Assembly (NCBI GenBank): GCA_007376295.1
Contig: VMGB01000003.1
Span: 137,106-182,119 of the forward strand
DNA length: 45,014 nt
Direction: 5' to 3'
DNA from: Parcubacteria group bacterium Gr01-1014_13
GTDB taxonomy: Bacteria > Patescibacteriota > Patescibacteriia > Magasanikbacterales > GWA2-37-8
A program made the position numbers and the translations under genes. The notes beneath the pieces were generated by a model, which worked only from the letters and a program-made list of their open reading frames with translations, was not told the origin of the DNA and ran no database searches. Positions 1 through 8,004 of this stretch are shown here, piece by piece (position 1 is the stretch's first letter; each line of letters opens with the position of its first letter).

Positions 1-482
1 TGCGTTGGTGTTTTTTCACTACCAACAATAAAATAATAACTGAATTTTGCTAAAAATCTGCTGTTTGGATTTACCAGCTCTGCCACAGCATCATATTTAT
101 TTTCTCGGCTGGAAAAAATTTGAGTATTTATAGCTTGAATCGGCTGGGCGCTAAAATGCGGGTGAATACCGGTGTAATCTACCGAAGCAGACAGGCTGTT
201 TTGTACCCGCCGAGCATCTTCTAACCCCAATAAGTAACTCCCCCACTTCCATAAACCAAAAAGAATAAAAATGCCATCCAAACTAATTAGAGCGATGACT
301 AGTATTTTATAAAGTAAGGCCTTATGCCGGACGTACCAAAAACCCCATTTTAATTCCTGAGAAGTGAATTCTTGGGTAGGGTCTTCGTATTTGGTGAGAT
401 TAATCTTTTTGGCAACATCATTTTTTGTAACCGAAGAACTCTTGTCGCCATCATGATTATTTGGGTTATATATATTGAGCAT
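1..482 (-). CDS. hypothetical membrane protein, C-terminal part cut by the window edge
   Basis: Minus-strand frame is open from the ATG at 480-482 to position 1. It is absent from the ORF track because there is no stop in the window. Translation MLNIYNPNNHDGDK... contains one hydrophobic helix (ALLYKILVIALISLDGIFILFGLW). A TATACT box lies about 10 nt upstream of the ATG, suggesting a near-leaderless mRNA. Confidence 0.45.
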   Translation of the reverse strand, partial: MLNIYNPNNHDGDKSSSVTKNDVAKKINLTKYEDPTQEFTSQELKWGFWYVRHKALLYKILVIALISLDGIFILFGLWKWGSYLLGLEDARRVQNSLSASVDYTGIHPHFSAQPIQAINTQIFSSRENKYDAVAELVNPNSRFLAKFSYYFIVGSEKTPT

Positions 483-514
483 ACTATATATAGTATACAC
501 TAAAAATTGTTTTT

Positions 515-550
515 AAAAAAATTGTCTCTGCCACATTAGGTGACAGAGAC
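515..550 (-). terminator. intrinsic terminator after the 69-aa membrane protein gene
   Basis: Minus-strand hairpin GTCTCTGTCAC-ctaat-GTGGCAGAGAC followed by AATTTTTTT. Confidence 0.55.
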
Positions 551-571
551 GGACCGGACAACGATACTGGT

Positions 572-781
572 TTAATCCTTTTTTTTGAAGCGCACAACTT
601 TTGCGTTGGGCCTATCTCTCTTCAATCGGTAGCGGCGGACAGCCGCTGACAGTAACAAACCAAAGATAATACCAAGCACAACCAAAACGCTGGCCGGAAG
701 GAAAATTCCAATAGTGAAACAAGCTACCACAAGTCCGATGAGAACCGCCACGACAACAGTTATAATTGCAATAACCCCCAT
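572..781 (-). CDS. small hydrophobic membrane protein (69 aa)
   Basis: Almost entirely hydrophobic N-terminal 45 aa with a basic tail (RRYRLKRDRPNAKVVRFKKKD). AAGGAG SD and TTGACC-N17-TATATA promoter upstream. Confidence 0.5.
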   Translation of the reverse strand: MGVIAIITVVVAVLIGLVVACFTIGIFLPASVLVVLGIIFGLLLSAAVRRYRLKRDRPNAKVVRFKKKD

Positions 782-859
782 TAAAAGAACTCCTTGTTGA
801 GATTTTAGCTAGTTATATATACCACATTATAAACGAAGGGTCAAAATTAGCATGCCATT

Positions 860-2023
860 TCATCTGTTAAAACTGTCTTTAAAATAACGCCGACTGCGGG
901 CGCGATTGGCAAACCTATGCGCTTCATCCCGCACGGCTTGCAAAGTTCTTTTTATAGTTTCAGCCAAATCTTTGAATGTGCTTTTGGATTTTGGCGGAAA
1001 AACCAAACGGTCGCCATATAATTTAGAAATCCCTAAAAGCGGAACAGCTACCTGCTGTTGCTCAATAACCTTAAAAATATAGTCCACTTGCGGCTTGCCG
1101 CCATCAATCAAAATCAAATCCGGCTTAGGCCATTCTGTGTGTTTCAGGCGGCGCTCTATCATTTCTTTCAAAGCATCCAAATCATTATTGGTAACCGTTT
1201 TTATTTTAAATAACCGATACTGGCTCGTATCTGGTTTGCCGCCTGTAAATACAACCATCGAACCATAGACTTCCTTACCGGCAAAATGAGATATGTCATA
1301 GCCTTCGATTCGATTGAATTTTTGATCCTCTACCCCGAAATCTTCACGGGTAATTAAAGTAACATCTTGAAAATGTTTTAACGCCAAAGCGGCGATCGGA
1401 TTTTCTTTGACTAATTTTTTTAATAATTTGTTTTTTTCACCCTTCAACAACAAAATTATATTATTGATATTTTTTTGATAATCTTGTTTGCTTATCGCGC
1501 CCACGCATACGCCCGGACAAGTGCCGGTTTGATAATTAAAACATGGCTTGCCCGTAAACGTGCAAGTGCTATAAGGGAAAATACGGCGAATAACTTTTAA
1601 AGCCCCGCGAACCAAAGTCAAACTTTGATATGGACCAAAAATTTTTGCCGCTGACGCTGGAAAATTCTTTAGCTCCCGGCCGCGCACCACAATTGGTTTG
1701 GGGAAATCTGTTTTGGGAAAAACAATATAAATAAATGACCGGCCATCTTTGTCTTTGACATTATATTTTGGCCAATGTTTTTTTATCAGATTCGCTTCCA
1801 AAATTATCGCTTCGAGCACTGTGGCTGTCTGCTGATGTTTAATTTTACTGGCCAAACTTACCATTTCGCCGATACGTAAATCAATATCTTTGCGAAAATA
1901 CTGCAAAACACGCCGACGCAAAGACGTAGCGCGGCCGATATATAAAATCTCGTTATTCTTATTTAAAAAAATATAAACTCCGGGATCTAGAGGAAGATTT
2001 TTGGCTTGGTCTAATGTGTTCAT
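860..2023 (-). CDS. uvrC: excinuclease ABC subunit C, short form (GIY-YIG plus endonuclease domain; no UVR domain, no HhH2)
   Basis: GIY-YIG motif (GVYIFLNKNNEILYIGRATSLRRRVLQYF), Cys cluster (CTFTGKPCFNYQTGTCPGVC), IEGYDISHFAG and LILIDGGKPQ, RDEAHRFA. Only 387 aa, against about 600 aa for typical UvrC. Confidence 0.85.
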   Translation of the reverse strand: MNTLDQAKNLPLDPGVYIFLNKNNEILYIGRATSLRRRVLQYFRKDIDLRIGEMVSLASKIKHQQTATVLEAIILEANLIKKHWPKYNVKDKDGRSFIYIVFPKTDFPKPIVVRGRELKNFPASAAKIFGPYQSLTLVRGALKVIRRIFPYSTCTFTGKPCFNYQTGTCPGVCVGAISKQDYQKNINNIILLLKGEKNKLLKKLVKENPIAALALKHFQDVTLITREDFGVEDQKFNRIEGYDISHFAGKEVYGSMVVFTGGKPDTSQYRLFKIKTVTNNDLDALKEMIERRLKHTEWPKPDLILIDGGKPQVDYIFKVIEQQQVAVPLLGISKLYGDRLVFPPKSKSTFKDLAETIKRTLQAVRDEAHRFANRARSRRYFKDSFNR

Positions 2024-2916
2024 GGCTGTAAGATATCTTCGGTTTTACCGTTTATCGAAATAACTACACTACTGACATTCTTAAATTGTTTAAGAGTGTT
2101 AATTATTTGCAAGCGGATTACACTTACCCGACAAGACCCTGCCACGCCATTTTGCAATGCTTCATTAAAGTCCACTTTGGCTACCCCTTTATCTATAACC
2201 AAACTATTTATCTTTACGCCCGCATTAAGACTGGTGCTATATCCAGCCAACATTTCTTCATCAGTCGTACCTTTTAATAATTCTTCTAAAGCTGCCTTGG
2301 CCACTGCCTGCGTTTTTGGCAAAAATCTAGTTACGGGAAAAACTTTTTCACAAGTCATCTTTGGGTCAAGATTGTTATTAACGAAATACGCCCGCACTAC
2401 AGTCTGAGATGAGGTTGAAAACTTTACCGGTAACCGGAATTCTCTTTCGTAATTAGGCAGACCGCTCGCGTTTTCGTTTTTAAAGACGAGCGTACCAACG
2501 GAAGTTTTTGGGTTGGCAAAGTTTAGACTTGTAGAAAAATTGGTCGGAAACTTCATCCAATCTGTAGTGGCTGTTAAAATTCCCATTGTCACCATTTTGC
2601 CATTACCGTCTAATAACTGCACTGTACCAACTTGTCCTTCAAAGCCAGTCCATCTATTTTTACCATCTACATGGCCAGAAACGACCAGTGGTGAACTTAC
2701 CACAGCATTCGCTTTAGGCGTATTTACGAACAATCCTTGTGAGAGGGTAGTGGTAACAACCGGTACTGGAGTGGAAGTTGGTGTGGTGGTAGTTGTTGGT
2801 GTAATAGTTGGTGTAGTCGAGGTGTCTGACTTTGAATTTTGGTAGTACCAAATACCTAGCCCAACCAAAACTAATACAACCAACGATACTACGGCTACAA
2901 TTGAGCTTTTTTTCAT
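2020..2916 (-). CDS. membrane-anchored secreted protein with a Gmad2-like Ig domain plus a GerMN-like domain
   Basis: The likely start is the internal MKKSSIVAVVSLVVLVLVGL (ATG at 2914-2916), because the longer track ORF would overlap the upstream paralog. It has a Thr/Pro-rich linker, a WTGFEGQVGTVQLLDGNGK-type Gmad2 signature, and a C-terminal segment (AYFVNN...VFPVTR...ALEELLKG) resembling GerMN. Confidence 0.7.
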   Translation of the reverse strand: MKKSSIVAVVSLVVLVLVGLGIWYYQNSKSDTSTTPTITPTTTTTPTSTPVPVVTTTLSQGLFVNTPKANAVVSSPLVVSGHVDGKNRWTGFEGQVGTVQLLDGNGKMVTMGILTATTDWMKFPTNFSTSLNFANPKTSVGTLVFKNENASGLPNYEREFRLPVKFSTSSQTVVRAYFVNNNLDPKMTCEKVFPVTRFLPKTQAVAKAALEELLKGTTDEEMLAGYSTSLNAGVKINSLVIDKGVAKVDFNEALQNGVAGSCRVSVIRLQIINTLKQFKNVSSVVISINGKTEDILQP

Positions 2917-2917
2917 A

Positions 2918-3406
2918 TTAAAACTTAATTGGTAAAGTGAATTGTCTGTCATTGCTTGGCTCGCCGCTTGGATTTTCATTTTTAAAGACTAATGTACCAG
3001 TGGCTGTTGTTGGCGTAGAAAATGTTAGGGTGACAGCAAAACTAACTGGAAGCTGCATCCAATTGGTAGTAGCTACTAAAATACCGTCTGCTAATATATT
3101 GTTATTTGCATCCAACAATTTAACAGTGCCTACCTGACCCTCAAACCCGATCCATTTATCTCCACCACCAACGTAACCGGAAATAACTAAAGGTGAGGTC
3201 ACGACCGTATTGGCTATAGGGGTATTTACCACTAACCCCTGGGAGGAAGTAGTAGGTGTTGGAGTTGGAGTAGAAGTTGTCGATTTTGTAGTACTTGTCG
3301 GTGTAGTTGAGGTGTCTGACTTTGAGTTTTGGTAATACCAAAGGCCTAACCCAGCCAAAATTAATATAACCAATGATACTACCGCCACAATAGAGCTTTT
3401 TTTCAT
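2918..3406 (-). CDS. membrane-anchored Gmad2-like Ig-domain protein (tandem paralog of the downstream gene)
   Basis: The N-terminal 35 aa are near-identical to the neighbouring gene (MKKSSIVAVVSLVILILAGLGLWYYQNSKSDTSTTPT). It has a WIGFEGQVGTVKLLDANNN motif and a TTGTAT-N17-TAGAAT promoter upstream. Confidence 0.7.
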   Translation of the reverse strand: MKKSSIVAVVSLVILILAGLGLWYYQNSKSDTSTTPTSTTKSTTSTPTPTPTTSSQGLVVNTPIANTVVTSPLVISGYVGGGDKWIGFEGQVGTVKLLDANNNILADGILVATTNWMQLPVSFAVTLTFSTPTTATGTLVFKNENPSGEPSNDRQFTLPIKF

Positions 3407-3519
3407 ATGATCAATGTTAATTAATTAACATCGTATTCTACTCCAATCCTCATTTAAATACAATACCCGCATCAGATATACCCAATAAATTGGGGTTTCT
3501 AATGCGGGTCTATGAAACA

Positions 3520-4050
3520 CTACTTACCATTGTGGATTAAATGTACAAATCGCCCTCTCACCGTACTGGTAAACATGGGTAGAGAAATAATTTCTTGATA
3601 CAACAACATCATCAATGTATCAAACAACTTTTCGGCCGTTTCCTTTTTACAAGAAATTACCCCAGAGGTTCTCTCTACAAAATAGTCTTTTGGCAATGAC
3701 TGATGATTTTCAACCAGGACTTCATCATAATTAGACAAAGTAAGTTGCAGTGGAGGACCTTCTTCCTCTTGGAATACCAGCCCTTCAAGATTAGAGGAAA
3801 ACTCCGCAATCATGGCAGTGCAACGGATCTCCCTAGGTGTTGCCCTAGCCAAACTTGGCGCATGCCGAATCTCATGCCGAAACGGCTCGATCCCATCAGT
3901 CGCATCAAGCTCTGCGGGAATAGATGTGGTATCACGGCTAAGAAAATTAGCTAACGATTTACCGAGCACCAACCACTCTTCATGTATTAGCGCAAACCAG
4001 TTCTTTATACCCGGATCTTCGTCATCATTCTCGCTTTTCGATTCACTCAC
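3520..4050 (-). CDS. hypothetical protein (176 aa), second gene of an orphan two-gene operon
   Basis: GTG start at 4048-4050 overlaps the upstream stop (GTGA). AAAGGAGA SD lies 7 nt upstream. Acidic N-terminus. I recognised no domain; a lone R-x4-H (RHEIRH) is present. Confidence 0.6.
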   Translation of the reverse strand: MSESKSENDDEDPGIKNWFALIHEEWLVLGKSLANFLSRDTTSIPAELDATDGIEPFRHEIRHAPSLARATPREIRCTAMIAEFSSNLEGLVFQEEEGPPLQLTLSNYDEVLVENHQSLPKDYFVERTSGVISCKKETAEKLFDTLMMLLYQEIISLPMFTSTVRGRFVHLIHNGK

Positions 4051-5006
4051 GGTGTATCTCCTTTGGTTGTTTCAGTCTTCTGTTTACAACGAACAAGAAT
4101 GTCGTCGTGTTGCCAAAAACTAGTAATTGTTAGAGAGCCGAGGTGCCAAGAACCATTATCTAGTCGAAAAATACGAGGGATTATCTGGGCACCACTACTG
4201 CTTAACAAGCGCGTGCCTGGAAACAGGATGGATTTATTCCAATGTTCGTTGGGGATTTCCGCCGAACGAACAATGATATATTTCGCATCAGCCAGACCAA
4301 GGTTTGCCTTCATATCAAGCGCACGCTGGCGCATTGTCTTACCCCAGACAGGACTTTGTCCCCTCTCTAAATAGGAGACATATTCCAAATCCTTCATCTC
4401 AAACTTAGACGGTTCGACATTGTCCATAATCTCATACCCATCTTGTACGAGTTCAGATAATGGCAACGCTTTGATTACTCCCACTGCGAAGACAGCCACA
4501 TGAGGAAAGCCACACTCTTCCAACGGATGAAGTATGCCACAGACCAAATTCCGATTTTCCATGGCCAACTGTAAACGATTCCTACCCCTACCACCCATAC
4601 CAAAAGTATCAGTGTTAACGATCAAACCATTGAATGGATTAACCCGTGTCGCATTTAAATGCGCCGCGGCCATGCCGGCAATATGTTCGGCTGAACCGAA
4701 CGAAACCCGGTACGACTCTGGTAATCCGCAATCGGTCTTAAATACAGCTAACAATGCTTTCTGTTCGGCCACATTCTTGTTAAGACTATCGAAAAGTGGC
4801 ACTGGAAGCCACGAAACAAGGCAATGTTCCTTTATTGAAGGATCACAAACTTCAGCGTGAATCTTCATCTGGTCAGCCACGCCGACCCCATGATGGCTTT
4901 TACGAAAACCGTCCATGATCTGCAAAGCTTCTGGCTTTGATTTCTTGGCATACTCCATTATCCAAATAACGGCTTCTTTATCAGAAAGAAGATTATATTC
5001 GGCCAC
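4047..5006 (-). CDS. hypothetical protein (319 aa), first gene of an orphan two-gene operon
   Basis: GTG start at 5004-5006 is preceded by GGGAGGTG. A TTGACA promoter lies at about 5062-5067 on the minus strand. GC is higher than in neighbouring genes. No recognisable motif (no Walker A, no HxH). Confidence 0.6.
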   Translation of the reverse strand: MAEYNLLSDKEAVIWIMEYAKKSKPEALQIMDGFRKSHHGVGVADQMKIHAEVCDPSIKEHCLVSWLPVPLFDSLNKNVAEQKALLAVFKTDCGLPESYRVSFGSAEHIAGMAAAHLNATRVNPFNGLIVNTDTFGMGGRGRNRLQLAMENRNLVCGILHPLEECGFPHVAVFAVGVIKALPLSELVQDGYEIMDNVEPSKFEMKDLEYVSYLERGQSPVWGKTMRQRALDMKANLGLADAKYIIVRSAEIPNEHWNKSILFPGTRLLSSSGAQIIPRIFRLDNGSWHLGSLTITSFWQHDDILVRCKQKTETTKGDTP

Positions 5007-5071
5007 TGTTCACCTCCCGTTAAGTTGTAAAAGAATGTTGTAATAGTACAACAAAAACCGCTTTTGTCAAT

Positions 5072-7573
5072 CTAATCTAAATACTCTTTTAGATACATTC
5101 CGGTATAAGAATTTGGATTATCTCCCACTTCTTCTGGCGTGCCTTTGGCCACTATCGTGCCGCCTTTAGCTCCACCCTCTGGACCCAAGTCGATGATATA
5201 ATCGGCGCATTTTAATATATGTAAGTTATGCTCAATAATTATCACGGAATTTCCTTTGTCTACCAGTTTGTTCAAAACTCTGAGCAGTAATTCTATATCA
5301 TGATAATGCAAACCGACTGTTGGTTCATCCAAAAGATACATAGTTTTTTTACCTAATGGCCCGGTAAGTTCGCGAGCTAATTTTATACGTTGCGCTTCTC
5401 CACCCGAAAGTGTCGTCGCGCTTTGTCCCAAACGCAGATAACCTAAACCAACTTCTTGCAGAACTTTTAATTTGTCGGTAATCAAATAATTGTTTTCAAA
5501 AAATTTAGTCGCTTCGTTTACCGTCATTTCGAGCACATCACTAATATTTTTACCTTTGTGTTTCACTTGCAAAGTTTCGCGGCTAAATCTTTTGCCATGA
5601 CAAACTTCACAAGGCACTTCCACCTCAGGCATGAAATGCATTTCAATTGTGTTAAAACCTGCGCCTTGGCAAGCTTCACAGCGACCGCCCGCTCGATTGA
5701 AAGAAAAACGTGAGTGCGTATAACCACGCATGCGTGAATCTTCTAGACTGGCATAGAAATCACGGATAGGCGTAAAAATACCAGTATAGGTGGCCGGATT
5801 GGAACGCGGAGTGCGGCCAATCGGCGACTGATCCATAATTATAACTTTATCTACATATTCAGAGCCGGTAATTTTCGCTACGTCTTCTAAATGCTTAAAC
5901 CGGCTTTTTATTCTGACCATGTTTTCATATAACACATCATACAAAAGTGAAGATTTACCACCGCCAGACACACCCGAAATACAAACCAATTTACGTAACG
6001 GGATTTTTACATTAATATTTTTTAAATTGTGGGCACGGGCGCCGACTATAGAAATTTCTTCCGTTTCTTTCCAGCGGCGTTTTCTCGGCACTTCAATTTT
6101 TACTTCTTCATTTAAATACTTCAAAGTTAACGACCGGCTATCTTTTGTTTTCTTAATATCTTTAGTTGGGCCAGCAAACACCACTTCCCCACCCAACTCT
6201 CCGGCCATGGGGCCGAGGTCGATTAAATAGTCCGAGTCTTTTATCGTGCGCTCGTCGTGTTCTACGATTATCACTGTATTGTTTTCGTCGCGTAAATTTT
6301 TTAAAGTTTTTACCAAGCGTTCGGTATCGCGTTCATGCAAACCAATCGTCGGTTCGTCTAACACATACAAAGTATTAGAAAGATGCGAACCAATCTGCGA
6401 AGCCAAACGAATACGCTGCGCCTCGCCGCCTGATAGTGTTTCTGCTTCGCGGATTAGAGTAATGTAATCCAAACCAACCTCTAACAAAAATTTTAGACGG
6501 TCATTAATTTCTTTCACCACATTGTGCGCGATCAATCTGTGGCGTTCATTTAGATTTTTTTCATAATCCTTAAAAAAATCATGGGCATCAGCAATTGTTA
6601 AAGCCGAAACTTCATAAATATTTTTGTCTTTAATACGAACCGATAATGCTTCCGGTTTTAATCTTTTGCCTTGGCAATCCGGACAAATTGTTTTTAAAAA
6701 CAAATCGGTTTTGCCTAAACCGCCACAAGTCGGACATGCGCCAGCTGGACTGTTGAACGAAAACAGACGCGGCTCAATTTCAGGAAAAGAAAATCCGTCT
6801 GTAGGGCAAGACCAATGGCTGGAAAATAATCTTTCCACTTGGTCTTTTTTATTTTCTCTAAACAAAACCGCGGCCAAACCTTTGCTATGCTGCAAAGCGT
6901 TTTCTACCGCTTCAAATAATCTAGTTTCGTCGCTAATCATCACTCTGTCCATCACAATATCTATATCATGCACTTTGTAACGAGATAATTCTACGCGGTC
7001 GTGCAAAGAAACAAGCTTGCCATCTACCCGCGCCTGATCAAACCCGTCATTTAAGAAATCATAAAGCATTTGGTAATACTCGCCTTTGCGGCCGCGTACT
7101 ACCGGAGACAAAATTGTCACATATTTTTCTTTCAAATCTGCGCCCATACCCAAAATTATATCCACCATCTCCTCCGGAGTAAGTTTTTCGATTTTAGTGC
7201 CATCAGTCGGGCAATATACCTCGCCCAGACGCGCATACAAAACACGCAAGTAGTCATAAATTTCGGTGAGTGTGCCCACAATAGAGCGCGGGTTGTGGCT
7301 AAGCGCTTTTTGGCCAATAGCAATGGCCGGCGAAAGACCGGTAATTTCATCTACATCGGCGCGTTCCATCTGACCCAAAAATTGGCGCGCATATGGCGAC
7401 AAAGACTCTATATATCTGCGTTGGCCTTCAGCAAAAATAGTATCAAAAGCAAGAGACGATTTGCCGCTACCGGACACTCCAGTAAAAACCGTCATTTTAT
7501 TTTTCGGAATTTCCAAAGAAACATTTTTTAAATTATGCACTCTGGCTCCTTTGATAACAATTTTGTCTTCCAT
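5072..7573 (-). CDS. uvrA: excinuclease ABC subunit A lacking the insertion domain
   Basis: Two ABC modules (GVSGSGKSSLAFDT, LSGGEAQRIRLA; GVSGGGKSSLLYD, LSGGEAQRIKLA) and zinc modules (CPTCGGLG...CPDCQGKRL; CEACQGAG...CEVCHGKRF). 833 aa. Confidence 0.95.
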   Translation of the reverse strand: MEDKIVIKGARVHNLKNVSLEIPKNKMTVFTGVSGSGKSSLAFDTIFAEGQRRYIESLSPYARQFLGQMERADVDEITGLSPAIAIGQKALSHNPRSIVGTLTEIYDYLRVLYARLGEVYCPTDGTKIEKLTPEEMVDIILGMGADLKEKYVTILSPVVRGRKGEYYQMLYDFLNDGFDQARVDGKLVSLHDRVELSRYKVHDIDIVMDRVMISDETRLFEAVENALQHSKGLAAVLFRENKKDQVERLFSSHWSCPTDGFSFPEIEPRLFSFNSPAGACPTCGGLGKTDLFLKTICPDCQGKRLKPEALSVRIKDKNIYEVSALTIADAHDFFKDYEKNLNERHRLIAHNVVKEINDRLKFLLEVGLDYITLIREAETLSGGEAQRIRLASQIGSHLSNTLYVLDEPTIGLHERDTERLVKTLKNLRDENNTVIIVEHDERTIKDSDYLIDLGPMAGELGGEVVFAGPTKDIKKTKDSRSLTLKYLNEEVKIEVPRKRRWKETEEISIVGARAHNLKNINVKIPLRKLVCISGVSGGGKSSLLYDVLYENMVRIKSRFKHLEDVAKITGSEYVDKVIIMDQSPIGRTPRSNPATYTGIFTPIRDFYASLEDSRMRGYTHSRFSFNRAGGRCEACQGAGFNTIEMHFMPEVEVPCEVCHGKRFSRETLQVKHKGKNISDVLEMTVNEATKFFENNYLITDKLKVLQEVGLGYLRLGQSATTLSGGEAQRIKLARELTGPLGKKTMYLLDEPTVGLHYHDIELLLRVLNKLVDKGNSVIIIEHNLHILKCADYIIDLGPEGGAKGGTIVAKGTPEEVGDNPNSYTGMYLKEYLD

Positions 7574-7629
7574 ATATAATTGACTTATTTATAATATTTT
7601 GTTTAACTTATTCTCAAGGAGAATACCAC

Positions 7630-7968
7630 ATGTTCAAGCCGCAAAAATTCTACGCTGCACTTATAGTTTCCAGAAAACCGATTAACCTCGGCGATTTGCC
7701 CCAAGACCACTCTGTCACACACCTTGTAAATGAAGAATTCGAACTCAAATCTAATGGCAGAGGCGGTTGGATGACAGAGAAATCAGTGCCACACCACTAC
7801 GATAGTTACAAGGGCAGCAAAGAGCAGCTTCGCGGTTCAGGGCAGTCTATTTCGCTCGCCATTGTCGATTGGTTCGCTTCCCTTTGTTCTTACGTTCCCT
7901 ACCTCTCCCTCGAACGCAAGAGGAAGCTGGAGCAAGAGAAGGAAGATAAAGTCCCAACAGACGAATAG
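7630..7968 (+). CDS. hypothetical protein (112 aa)
   Basis: AAGGAGAA SD 6 nt upstream of the ATG. GC is elevated. It converges on uvrB, and its terminator-like hairpin plus T8 overlaps the uvrB 3' end. No recognisable domain. Confidence 0.5.
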   Translation: MFKPQKFYAALIVSRKPINLGDLPQDHSVTHLVNEEFELKSNGRGGWMTEKSVPHHYDSYKGSKEQLRGSGQSISLAIVDWFASLCSYVPYLSLERKRKLEQEKEDKVPTDE

Positions 7969-8004
7969 CTCTTAGTACCAACCTAGTATCCACGTCGGCC
8001 TTCA

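Noticed and set aside
2020-3406. Possibility that the tandem Gmad2 paralogs are a diversity-generating retroelement template/variable repeat pair
   Set aside because: Differences between the near-identical 5' regions involve all base types (T>G, A>G, G>A, C>T, G>C) and are not adenine-specific. No reverse transcriptase gene is present in the window.
7730-7765. GAGTTCGAATTC, a T-loop-like sequence suggesting a tRNA on the minus strand
   Set aside because: The flanking bases do not form a T-stem, an acceptor stem or an anticodon arm. The sequence lies inside the 112-aa ORF.
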